Assembly (NCBI GenBank): GCA_043758065.1
Contig: JAYVOE010000078.1
Coordinates: 1 to 57,223, forward strand
Source: Spartobacteria bacterium
GTDB lineage: Bacteria; Verrucomicrobiota; Verrucomicrobiia; Chthoniobacterales; DASVRZ01
Direction of reading: 5' to 3'
DNA length: 57,223 bases
Shown one piece after another: positions 45,812 through 54,270 of this stretch; position 1 is the first letter of the stretch; each line of letters opens with the position of its first letter. A model generated the notes under the pieces. That model searched no databases, was not told the origin of the DNA, and saw nothing but the letters and a program-made list of their open reading frames with translations. A program made the position numbers and the translations under genes.

Positions 45812-45835
45812 TTTTTTCATTCGAGTTCCAGTTAA
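45812..45835 (+). repeat. dispersed motif copy in the lptA/lptB spacer
   Basis: ttttttcattcgagttccagttaa. Confidence 0.8.
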
Positions 45836-45877
45836 CTCTTGCCGAAGAGCGGCTCATCGAACAAAAAGACCCACCTG

Positions 45878-46606
45878 ATGCTTGCCCCGCTTCTTCAAAC
45901 CGAAAAACTCGTCAAAATTTATGGCGGCCGCTCCGTCGTTAATGGAGTGGACGTCAATGTGCGGGCTGGCGAGGTCGTTGGTTTGCTCGGCCCGAATGGC
46001 GCAGGAAAAACGACGAGCTTTTACATGATCGTCGGGCTGATCCGACCTGATGGCGGTCAGGTTTTATTCGAGGGTGAAAACGTGACGACCCTGCCGATGC
46101 ATCGCCGCGCTCGCATGGGGATGGGTTATTTGCCTCAGGAGGAATCGATCTTTCGCAAAATGACGGTCGAGGAAAACATCCTGGCAATCCTGGAAACGAC
46201 GGAGCTCAGCCGGAAACAACGCAAAGCGCGCTGTGCGGAATTGCTGGCGCAGTTTGGCATCGAAGGCATCGCGAAGAACACGGCGCTAACTCTTTCCGGC
46301 GGCGAAAAACGTCGTCTGACGATTGCGCGTTCTCTCGTGACGAGTCCGAAGTTACTCATGCTCGACGAGCCGTTCAGTGGCGTCGACCCGATCGCCGTTT
46401 CCGAGGTTCAGCAGATTATCCAGAACCTGCGAACGAGTGGCCTCGGCATTTTGATTACCGATCACAACGTTCGCGAAACCCTCAGCATCGTGGATCGCGC
46501 TTATCTGTTGTTTGAAGGAAAAGTCCGCGCTGAAGGCGACAAGGATTTCCTAATTAACGACCCAACCAGCCGCAAGCTGTATCTGGGCGAGAGTTTCCAG
46601 ATGTAA
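45878..46606 (+). CDS. lptB: LPS export ABC transporter ATP-binding protein
   Basis: GLLGPNGAGKTT Walker A, LSGGEKRRL signature, LLMLDEPF Walker B. ATG at 45878. Confidence 0.9.
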   Translation: MLAPLLQTEKLVKIYGGRSVVNGVDVNVRAGEVVGLLGPNGAGKTTSFYMIVGLIRPDGGQVLFEGENVTTLPMHRRARMGMGYLPQEESIFRKMTVEENILAILETTELSRKQRKARCAELLAQFGIEGIAKNTALTLSGGEKRRLTIARSLVTSPKLLMLDEPFSGVDPIAVSEVQQIIQNLRTSGLGILITDHNVRETLSIVDRAYLLFEGKVRAEGDKDFLINDPTSRKLYLGESFQM

Positions 46607-46615
46607 TTTTACTGA

Positions 46616-47785
46616 ATGTCCGAAGAACTTTCCTACGTCCTCATCACCCCGCATTCGATTCGCAAATCGCGCACCGGCGGCATCATTTCGCGAGTGATCT
46701 CGCGTAGCGGCCTCGACCTCGTCGGCGGCCGCATGTTTGCTCCATCGAAGGAACTCGTGGAAGCCTACGCCTCGACGATCATTACCGATCCCGACCCGCG
46801 CCATGCGGAAACGCAGGGGCTGATTAGGGCTTACGTGCAGAAGAATTTTTCACCGGACTTACAGGGCATTCACGCGCGTGTCTTGCTGCTCGTTTTTCGT
46901 GGGGAAAATGCCGTTGCCCGCATTCGAAATGTCGTCGGCCACATCGCCCATGAGCGCACTCGCGGCGAGACGATCCGCGATACTTATGGAGACTATGTTC
47001 TCGATGACGACGGCCGTGTTGCCTATTTCGAACCCGCCGCCCTGGCACCGCCGGATGCCGTGTCCGCCGAGCGAAATCTGAAACTTTGGGCGAGCTATTC
47101 CGACACCGATGGCGGCGTGCTCGACAAAGCAATTTCCTATCCCGATGGAAGTCGCGTGCAAAAAACGCTCGTCCTCATCAAGCCGGATAATTTCCGTTTC
47201 CCCAACGCCCGGCCCGGCGGCGTGATCGATCTGTTTTCGCGCTCAGGTTTGTCGATCATCGCCTTCAAGGTCCATCGAATGAGCGTCGATCAAGCCGAAC
47301 GTTTCTACGAGCCGGTGCTGGATATCTTGCAGGAAATCAACCGCCTCCCGGTTGCCAATCGCTCCGCTCTCGCTCTCGAGCAAGAACTCGGCTTTTCCAT
47401 CCCGTCCGAAATCAAGGCCACGCTCGGCAACCTCCTCGGCCCGATCTCAGGCCGACTCCATTGGGAAAGTCTCGTGCAATTCATGGCTGGGCGCCGTCCG
47501 AGCGATTGCAGCGAAGCCGAAAAAATCCAGCCGGGCTCTGAGAAATGCGTCGCGCTCGTTTACCAAGGCGTCGATGCCGTTCGCAAAATCCGCGACATCC
47601 TCGGGCCGACCGATCCGTCGAAAGCGCCGACGGGCTCCATTCGCCGCGAGTTTGGCGAGAGCATCATGATCAACGCCGCGCACGCCTCGGATTCACCGGA
47701 CAACGCAAAACGTGAGATGGCGATTGTGCGCGTCACCGAAAATAATCTGAAACCATTGGTTGAAAACCACTACGGGAGTCTGTAA
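46616..47785 (+). CDS. tandem nucleoside-diphosphate-kinase-like protein (degenerate N-terminal module plus His-containing C-terminal module)
   Basis: The C-terminal half has LVLIKPD, IRREFG and NAAHASDS. The N-terminal half has YVLITPH but no NxxHxSD. Confidence 0.65.
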   Translation: MSEELSYVLITPHSIRKSRTGGIISRVISRSGLDLVGGRMFAPSKELVEAYASTIITDPDPRHAETQGLIRAYVQKNFSPDLQGIHARVLLLVFRGENAVARIRNVVGHIAHERTRGETIRDTYGDYVLDDDGRVAYFEPAALAPPDAVSAERNLKLWASYSDTDGGVLDKAISYPDGSRVQKTLVLIKPDNFRFPNARPGGVIDLFSRSGLSIIAFKVHRMSVDQAERFYEPVLDILQEINRLPVANRSALALEQELGFSIPSEIKATLGNLLGPISGRLHWESLVQFMAGRRPSDCSEAEKIQPGSEKCVALVYQGVDAVRKIRDILGPTDPSKAPTGSIRREFGESIMINAAHASDSPDNAKREMAIVRVTENNLKPLVENHYGSL

Positions 47786-47816
47786 ATATCCGGTCCCCAA
47801 ATTTGACCATAGCGAT

Positions 47817-47837
47817 CCAACTCAACTGAAAATTTTT
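47817..47837 (-). repeat. dispersed motif copy (TTGAGTT variant) abutting the aminotransferase ATG
   Basis: Motif strand aaaaattttcagttgagttgg. Confidence 0.5.
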
Positions 47838-49001
47838 ATGCAACTAGCCACCCGCGCCACCAGCCTCAGCCCCTCCATCACCCTTTCCATCGACAGCAAA
47901 GCCAAGGCCATGCGCGCTGAAGGACTCGACGTCTGCGGTTTCGCCGCCGGAGAGCCGGACTTCGACACGCCAGACCATATCAAGGCCGCAGCCATCGAGG
48001 CGCTCAACTCTGGCTTCACCAAATACACCCCCAGCTCCGGCACGCCGGAACTCCGCCAGGCCATCGCCACCAAGCTCCTCACCGACAACAAACTGGAATA
48101 CAAACCCAGCCAGATCATCGTCTCCAACGGCGCGAAACACAGCTGCTACAACGCCATTCTCGCCACCTGCCAGCCTGGCGACGAAGTCATCATCCCCTCC
48201 CCTTACTGGCTCTCCTACCCGGAAATGGTCCGGCTCGCCGGTGCCGAACCGGTCTTCGTGCAGACCCGCGAAGAAAACGGCTGGAAGATGACCGCGGAGG
48301 AATTTGAAAACGCCATGACCCCGCGCACGAAAATGGTCATCATCAACAGCCCGGGCAATCCCACCGGCTCGATCTACACTCGCGAAGAACTCAAGGGCAT
48401 CATCGAAGTCGCCGCCGAAGAGGACATCTTCATTCTTTCCGACGAAATCTACGAAAAGCTCGTTTATGACGACACAGAGTTCGTCAGCACCGCCAGCGTC
48501 ACTCCCGAAGCGAAAGACCTCACCATCACGATCAATGGCTTCTCCAAAGCCTATTCCATGACCGGTTGGAGACTCGGCTACCTCGCCGCGCCCGAATCCA
48601 TCGCCAAAGCCATCGATTCCATCCAGAGCCACAGCACCAGCAACCCGTGTTCGTTCGCCCAAAAAGGCGCATTCGCGGCTCTCACCGGCGACCAACAACC
48701 GCTCATCGATATGCGCGACGAATTCGACATCCGCCGCAACTACATGTATGGCCGCATCAGCGCGATCAACCGGGTCACGGCTGTGAAGCCACTCGGCGCG
48801 TTCTACATTCTCGCCAACATCAGTAAGCTCGGACTCAGCTCACAAAATTTCTCAGATCGCCTCCTCAGCAAAAAGAGCGTCGCCGTCGTGCCCGGCCTCG
48901 CTTTCGGCGACGACCGCACCATCCGCCTGAGCTACGCCACGAGTCTGGACATCATCAAAAAAGGCCTCGATCGTTTCGAGGAATTCTGCACTACGCTCTA
49001 A
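47838..49001 (+). CDS. class I pyridoxal-phosphate-dependent (aspartate-type) aminotransferase
   Basis: GEPDFDTP, IIVSNGAKH, SPYWLSYPE and NGFSKAYSMTGWRLGY (PLP lysine) motifs. Confidence 0.9.
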   Translation: MQLATRATSLSPSITLSIDSKAKAMRAEGLDVCGFAAGEPDFDTPDHIKAAAIEALNSGFTKYTPSSGTPELRQAIATKLLTDNKLEYKPSQIIVSNGAKHSCYNAILATCQPGDEVIIPSPYWLSYPEMVRLAGAEPVFVQTREENGWKMTAEEFENAMTPRTKMVIINSPGNPTGSIYTREELKGIIEVAAEEDIFILSDEIYEKLVYDDTEFVSTASVTPEAKDLTITINGFSKAYSMTGWRLGYLAAPESIAKAIDSIQSHSTSNPCSFAQKGAFAALTGDQQPLIDMRDEFDIRRNYMYGRISAINRVTAVKPLGAFYILANISKLGLSSQNFSDRLLSKKSVAVVPGLAFGDDRTIRLSYATSLDIIKKGLDRFEEFCTTL

Positions 49002-49047
49002 CTCGCATCGGTTTCCGAAAACCGGAAAACTGAGTCGAGTTACAGTG
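48996..49047. repeat. inverted pair of motif copies just 3' of the aminotransferase gene
   Basis: Minus strand ccgatgcgagttagag (48996-49011, contains the TAA). Plus strand aaaactgagtcgagttacagtg (49026-49047). A small hairpin cggttt-ccga-aaaccg lies between them. Confidence 0.65.
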
Positions 49048-49444
49048 AACTCTGGAATCCCGTTGCCGCTCGTTAGGATTCAGGCGAAATACCGGTTCTC
49101 ATTTCTCCTGACTTCGCCCCATGTGCGCTTAGTGCTGATAAAGAAAGCGGATTCCTCAAGTCCCCCTTACTCTTAGGACTTCACGCTGAAATGGCCCCTG
49201 AAAACTCCTCAAGTGTCAGCAGAATCTCTAGTAAAACTCACGAATCCCCTAGAATTTGCGCCAACTGCTTTAGGATCACTTCGTTCTCCCAATTCCTTCT
49301 TCGGAGTTCCAGACCAAATGCGGCTTCATTCGACTTCCATAGAAATTCATTGGAACGAATGGTCGGACCGCGCAAAAAATTCTGAGCGCTGGCTCTGTGA
49401 GAGTGGGGACGACTGCCTTGAAATGAGGGAAATCTTCGGCGCCA

Positions 49445-49468
49445 AAATTTCTCATTCGAGTTGCAGTG
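49445..49468 (+). repeat. dispersed motif copy upstream of the ABC ATPase gene
   Basis: aaatttctcattcgagttgcagtg, 37 nt before ATG 49506. Confidence 0.75.
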
Positions 49469-49505
49469 TTGTCTGGGGCGGGGTTGTCGTTTACTTAGGA
49501 GCGAC

Positions 49506-50486
49506 ATGTTTGCCATTCAGGCCGCGGGCCTTTCCAAAGCGTATCGCACTTACAAAAAAGCTCCCGGTTTGATGGGCGCGGTGAAGGGGTTGTTTCATCG
49601 GGAATATGAGGAATTATTTGCGGCGCGCGACGTCTCGTTTTCCATCGAGGAAGGCGAGTTTGTAGGTTTTCTCGGGCCCAATGGAGCGGGAAAAACCACG
49701 GTGTTGAAGATGCTTGCCGGGCTGTTGCATCCGACGAGCGGCACGGCAACGGTGCTCGGATTCACCCCGTGGCTGCGGCAGGATTCCTTGAAGCGTCAGT
49801 TTGCTTTATTGCTCGGACAAAAAAACGCGCTCTGGTGGGATCTGCCGGCGCGAGAATCGCTGGAGCTAAACCGCGCGATTTACGGAATCGAGAAGGCGGC
49901 TTTTGATCGGACTGTGAGTGAACTCACGGAGCTGCTCGATGTGCAGGATAAACTGAACATTATGGTGCGCGAGCTGAGTCTCGGCGAACGGATGAAGATG
50001 GAATTGATCGCCGCGCTGTTGCATCAGCCGCGCGTCCTGTTTCTCGATGAACCAACGATTGGGCTGGACGTGATTAGTCAGAAAAAGGTGCGGGAATTTC
50101 TGCGTTACTACAATCGCGAGCGCAAGATCACCACGATTTTGACGAGCCATTATATGCAGGACATCGAGGAACTTTGTGAGCGCGTGCTGATTATCGATCA
50201 CGGCAGATTATTTTTCGACGGGCCGCTGGATTCGATCGTGGATCGTTTTGCGAGTTACAAGATTTTGAATCTCACTTTTTCTGAGGCGAGTTCCATTGAT
50301 CTCACGGAGTATGGAACGGTGATCGAGCAATCGCCGGGGTCAGTGCGCTTGCGGGTGTCGAAGGATAAGGTGACGCAGGTTTGTCGCGACCTGCTGGAGC
50401 GATTTACGATCAGCGATTTCGGCGTGGGCGAAGTGCCCATCGAGGATGTGATCGGCGAAGTTTTTGCGGAGCAAAGCAAACTCTAA
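49506..50486 (+). CDS. ABC transporter ATP-binding protein (no adjacent permease gene)
   Basis: GFLGPNGAGKTT Walker A, LSLGERMK signature, LFLDEPT Walker B. Confidence 0.85.
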   Translation: MFAIQAAGLSKAYRTYKKAPGLMGAVKGLFHREYEELFAARDVSFSIEEGEFVGFLGPNGAGKTTVLKMLAGLLHPTSGTATVLGFTPWLRQDSLKRQFALLLGQKNALWWDLPARESLELNRAIYGIEKAAFDRTVSELTELLDVQDKLNIMVRELSLGERMKMELIAALLHQPRVLFLDEPTIGLDVISQKKVREFLRYYNRERKITTILTSHYMQDIEELCERVLIIDHGRLFFDGPLDSIVDRFASYKILNLTFSEASSIDLTEYGTVIEQSPGSVRLRVSKDKVTQVCRDLLERFTISDFGVGEVPIEDVIGEVFAEQSKL

Positions 50487-50491
50487 TTAAC

Positions 50492-50524
50492 AAAAAAGCC
50501 AGCCCCTCGCGAGGCTGGCTTTTT
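50492..50524. terminator. bidirectional intrinsic terminator
   Basis: aaaaaa-GCCAGCC-cctcgcga-GGCTGGC-ttttt between convergent genes. Confidence 0.75.
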
Positions 50525-50541
50525 AGATTGGACTGCAATGC

Positions 50542-51492
50542 TTAATTGTCGATCGGGCCGTTCAATCCTTTCGGGAAGAACAAGCCTTGTTTGGCGTTGA
50601 TCTTGCCGTAAACGATATTCAGAACCTGACGCGTGGTTCGGCTGAAAGCCAGCCCGTTGCGATTGCTTGGGAATAAGTTTGCGTTGCCAAAAGAATCGGT
50701 GATGCCTTGATCATCGTCGTCGTTTTTGCCGTTCGAGCGTGGATCGAGGGCATCGCGAAGATCCGAGATTTTCTGCACGGTGCTAATGATAGAGCCGCCA
50801 CCCGACTTGCTGCTAAGATCGAACAATTCCGTTCTAACAATCGCTGCATGGTAGGACTCTGCAGAAAGGATGCCCGCTGCCGAGCCGAGGACGCGCTTGT
50901 CGCTGATGAGAGGGGCGGCGCCTTTGTAAGCCGTCACACCGACATCTTCGAAGATGAATGCGCCAAGGAGGAAGTTCGTTTCGTTCGCAAACGGATCGAA
51001 TGAATCGCCGATTCCCGCTGCTTTGGCCAACGTGTTGAAGCTGTTCAAAAGATCCAGCTTCGGTTCACGAACGGGCGTGACACCGGCCCTCTGCAAGGCT
51101 GACCGGAGGAACTTCACATGGGCGAGTTCGTCCGCTGCGATCTCCTGGGCGTAATCTGCGATATCAGAATCGGTGAACGTCACTTTCGGGTTGGCTTTGA
51201 TGATAATGCCGCCGCCGTCGCCCTTGCCGGAATCGGCTGGCACACCTTGCGCACGGATACCGAGACCGGTCACTGCGTAGGTGTAATACTCAGCCTCGAG
51301 ATACTCGAGGTTGAGAGCGAAATTAAGGATCGCCGCATCCATTGCCGTCGGAGCCGCATCCGCTTCGCGCAAGCCGAGGATTGCGCTGGCACCCATTAGG
51401 GCGGCCATTCCGCCACCGGTTCGGCGCAGGAAGGAACGACGGTCGAGAGCTTTCGCAACCGTTTCTGAAATAATGTTAGTTTCTGTGTTCAT
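50542..51492 (-). CDS. Tat-exported ferritin-like domain protein
   Basis: RRSFLRRTGGGMAAL twin-arginine signal. LNFALNLEYLEAEYY and DELAHVKFL are ferritin-like helices. Confidence 0.7.
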   Translation of the reverse strand: MNTETNIISETVAKALDRRSFLRRTGGGMAALMGASAILGLREADAAPTAMDAAILNFALNLEYLEAEYYTYAVTGLGIRAQGVPADSGKGDGGGIIIKANPKVTFTDSDIADYAQEIAADELAHVKFLRSALQRAGVTPVREPKLDLLNSFNTLAKAAGIGDSFDPFANETNFLLGAFIFEDVGVTAYKGAAPLISDKRVLGSAAGILSAESYHAAIVRTELFDLSSKSGGGSIISTVQKISDLRDALDPRSNGKNDDDDQGITDSFGNANLFPSNRNGLAFSRTTRQVLNIVYGKINAKQGLFFPKGLNGPIDN

Positions 51493-51591
51493 GGGACTTG
51501 TAGTTTTGGTGTTTTGTTAAATGTCAGACTTACTTCTTCAGGTGGTTCGCAATCTATCTGTTTTTGGATGTGACGAATTCTCGCGCAGCCC

Positions 51592-51617
51592 ATATCGATG
51601 AAACTCGAACCAAAAAA
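51592..51617 (-). repeat. dispersed motif copy upstream of the ferritin-like gene
   Basis: Motif strand ttttttggttcgagtttcatcgatat, about 100 nt from ATG 51492. Confidence 0.65.
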
Positions 51618-51655
51618 CCTCGCCTCTTTTCGGACTTCACTTCATCGTCCGGCGC

Positions 51656-52306
51656 ATGACACCGATTGCCGCCGAAATTCTTCTCGAATCCCTCAACTGG
51701 CGCTACGCCACGAAGACTTTCGACGCCACTCGCAAGATCCCTTCAGACGAATGGAACTCGCTTGAAAAATCGCTCATCCTCACTCCGTCCTCCTTCGGAT
51801 TGCAGCCGTGGAAATTCATCGTCATCACCGATTCAGCCGTGAAGGAATCGCTCGTTCCCGCCTCGTGGGGTCAACGTCAACTCGCCGATTGTTCGCACGT
51901 CGTCGTCTTCGCCGTGAAGACCGATATGGATGAAACTCACGTCACTTCTTACATCGAGAGCACCGCTGCCCTGAGGGGAGTTCCAGTGGATTCCCTGACG
52001 CCATTTAAGAACATCATCCTCGGCTTCATTTCCAACCCGCCCTTTGGACTCACTGTCAAAGACTGGCTCACGCGCCAGGCCTACATCGCGCTGGGAAATC
52101 TGATGACGTCCGCCGCGTTGTTAGGAATCGACTCGTGCCCGATGGAAGGTTTCGACCCTGCGCAATATGACGAAATTCTCGCCCTGAATGCACTGGGACT
52201 CCGCTCAGTTGTTACCGCGACTCTGGGCTACCGTTCTGCTGACGATAAATACGCCAGCCTCGCCAAAGTGCGTTTCCCTGCCAGTGAAATGGTCCTGCAC
52301 ATCTAG
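51656..52306 (+). CDS. NAD(P)H nitroreductase family protein
   Basis: RYATKTFD, PSSFGLQPWKF and CPMEGF motifs. Confidence 0.8.
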   Translation: MTPIAAEILLESLNWRYATKTFDATRKIPSDEWNSLEKSLILTPSSFGLQPWKFIVITDSAVKESLVPASWGQRQLADCSHVVVFAVKTDMDETHVTSYIESTAALRGVPVDSLTPFKNIILGFISNPPFGLTVKDWLTRQAYIALGNLMTSAALLGIDSCPMEGFDPAQYDEILALNALGLRSVVTATLGYRSADDKYASLAKVRFPASEMVLHI

Positions 52307-52309
52307 CTT

Positions 52310-52852
52310 GTGAGCCGCGACATCGTTTACTTCGATCTCGAAACGCGGCGCACCGCCAACGACGCCGGCGGTTGGCATAACAAAGGCGCCATGGGCATGT
52401 CCATCGGCGTCACTTACAGCACCCGGCTCGGCGAATATCGCATCTACCAGGAATGCGACGTTGAGAAACTGATCGACCAGCTCATTCGTGCCGATCTCGT
52501 CGTCGGTTTTAACGTTGTTAGTTTCGACTACGAAGTCCTCATGGGCTATACCCCGCGCGACCTGCCTTACCTCTGCCGCACGCTCGATATGTTAGTCACC
52601 GTCGAAGAAAAACTCGGGCACCGCGTGAAGCTCGATTCGCTCGCCGAAGCGTCGCTCGGAGTCGGCAAAACGGCCGATGGCATCGACGCGCTGAAGTGGT
52701 GGAAAGAAGGCCGCATTTTGGACATCGCGGAGTATTGCTGTTTCGACGTCAAGGTGACGAAGCTCGTCCATGAATACGGCGTCGAAAACAAGAAGTGCCT
52801 CTACGTCGATAAGTTCAACCAGAAGAAATCTTTCCCCGTCGATTGGGACTAG
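52310..52852 (+). CDS. RNase H-fold 3'-5' exonuclease-like protein
   Basis: IVYFDLET and VVGFNVVSFDYEVL resemble DEDD exonuclease motifs I and II. GTG start. Confidence 0.55.
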   Translation: MSRDIVYFDLETRRTANDAGGWHNKGAMGMSIGVTYSTRLGEYRIYQECDVEKLIDQLIRADLVVGFNVVSFDYEVLMGYTPRDLPYLCRTLDMLVTVEEKLGHRVKLDSLAEASLGVGKTADGIDALKWWKEGRILDIAEYCCFDVKVTKLVHEYGVENKKCLYVDKFNQKKSFPVDWD

Positions 52853-52862
52853 CCGGTTCCTA

Positions 52863-52896
52863 GCTGCGAGTTGGATGGAACTCCGCTGAGAAAATT
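52863..52896. repeat. inverted pair of motif copies between convergent genes
   Basis: Plus strand gctgcgagttggat. Minus strand aattttctcagcggagttccatcc. Confidence 0.55.
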
Positions 52897-52903
52897 CCGC
52901 GGC

Positions 52904-53332
52904 TTAGGGATTTCTAAACGGACGATCCACCGACGGGTCTAAAACGAGCGCACCGCGCGGGATGTCGCGCACATCGATGATGTTATACGGACGATACGGG
53001 CTGCGAACATATCCGTCGTAACGGGTCGGTTCTCCATACGGATAACGCGCGCCGCTTTCACGCGAATAAGTGCGGCCGTCGTCGTAACGGCGATCGCCGT
53101 ATTTTTCCCGCTTATGTTCTTCGTAAGCTCGTCCAGCCAATGCCCCGGCTAGTGCGCCGAGTCCCGCTCCGACAGCGGTGCGAGTGCCGCCGCCATTGTT
53201 AGTGTTGTTACCGATGGCAGCACCGATTCCTGCGCCGACGAGGGCACCGGTGCCGGTGGCGGTTTCGCACCCGGTGAATAGACTGGAAGTCCCCATGACA
53301 AGGGCGACCGAGAGAGCGGTGATTTTTTGCAT
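52904..53332 (-). CDS. glycine-zipper lipoprotein
   Basis: Lipobox SLFTGC followed by GALVGAGIGAAIG..GAGLGALAGALAG. Confidence 0.7.
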   Translation of the reverse strand: MQKITALSVALVMGTSSLFTGCETATGTGALVGAGIGAAIGNNTNNGGGTRTAVGAGLGALAGALAGRAYEEHKREKYGDRRYDDGRTYSRESGARYPYGEPTRYDGYVRSPYRPYNIIDVRDIPRGALVLDPSVDRPFRNP

Positions 53333-53358
53333 ATGAACGATACGTTTGAAGGGTTGTT

Positions 53359-54186
53359 TTAGCTGTTAAAAAAACTTCGCCGCAGGACGCAAACAAGTTT
53401 TTCCATGCGAGTTAGACGGTAATGACGGGAGAATATTTGAAAATTATTGCGCTTCATTTTCGCGAGCACGCATCGATAGATGTCGCCCATCAATAAGCCA
53501 GGGCGCAGCGATCGCCGATCCTCTGGCGCAACGGCAGAATCGGAGAGCGCGTAATCTTTTTCCGCCACCGAACCGAGCGCATACATCATATTTTGGAAGC
53601 CCGAGGTGAAGCGCGCCGCTTTCAGATCCGCCTCGGTGTAACCGTGCTCCCGCATGTAATTCAGCGGCAGATAAATCCGGCCGCCGTTTTTGTGATCAAC
53701 GCAGACATCGCGCAGGATGTTGGTGATTTGCAAGGCTTCACCCAAGACACGGGCATGTTCCCGAGCGGACGGATTTTGGTAGCCGAAAATCTCGATGCTG
53801 ACTAATCCGACCGCTCCGGCGACGCGGTAGCAATAGTCCTGCAACTCGAGCAGCGTCTCATAACGCTGGCCGCGCAAGTCCATTTCCATGCCGGAAATAA
53901 TGTCAGCGAGCAGGCTGAGATCGATCGGATAACGATCGAGAGTCTCACGAAATTCGCGCGCAAGCGGATGTTCGCCGGGCGTCTTTTCGAGAACGGCATT
54001 GCGCCAGATCGTGAGCTGCGCCTGACGTTCCTTCGGAGTTGGACCGGGATCGTCGGCGAGATCGTCCACGAGACGGCAAAACGCGTAAAAGTTCGTGATG
54101 TCGATGCGCTTTTGCCGCGGTAAAAACCGAAACGCCGCTGCGAAATTAGATCCGCTCGCCTGGGTGATTTGTTCTCCGAGAGTCAT
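53359..54186 (-). CDS. squalene/phytoene synthase family protein (HpnD-like)
   Basis: FYAFCRLVDDLADD and YCYRVAGAVG motifs. Confidence 0.8.
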   Translation of the reverse strand: MTLGEQITQASGSNFAAAFRFLPRQKRIDITNFYAFCRLVDDLADDPGPTPKERQAQLTIWRNAVLEKTPGEHPLAREFRETLDRYPIDLSLLADIISGMEMDLRGQRYETLLELQDYCYRVAGAVGLVSIEIFGYQNPSAREHARVLGEALQITNILRDVCVDHKNGGRIYLPLNYMREHGYTEADLKAARFTSGFQNMMYALGSVAEKDYALSDSAVAPEDRRSLRPGLLMGDIYRCVLAKMKRNNFQIFSRHYRLTRMEKLVCVLRRSFFNS

Positions 54187-54270
54187 GTTAGATAGCGATC
54201 GAAGTCGAATCAGTTTTCTCCCGAAAGACTACGCAGGTCTTTCCGCTTGTCAGGCCGAATCGTCGCCCCG

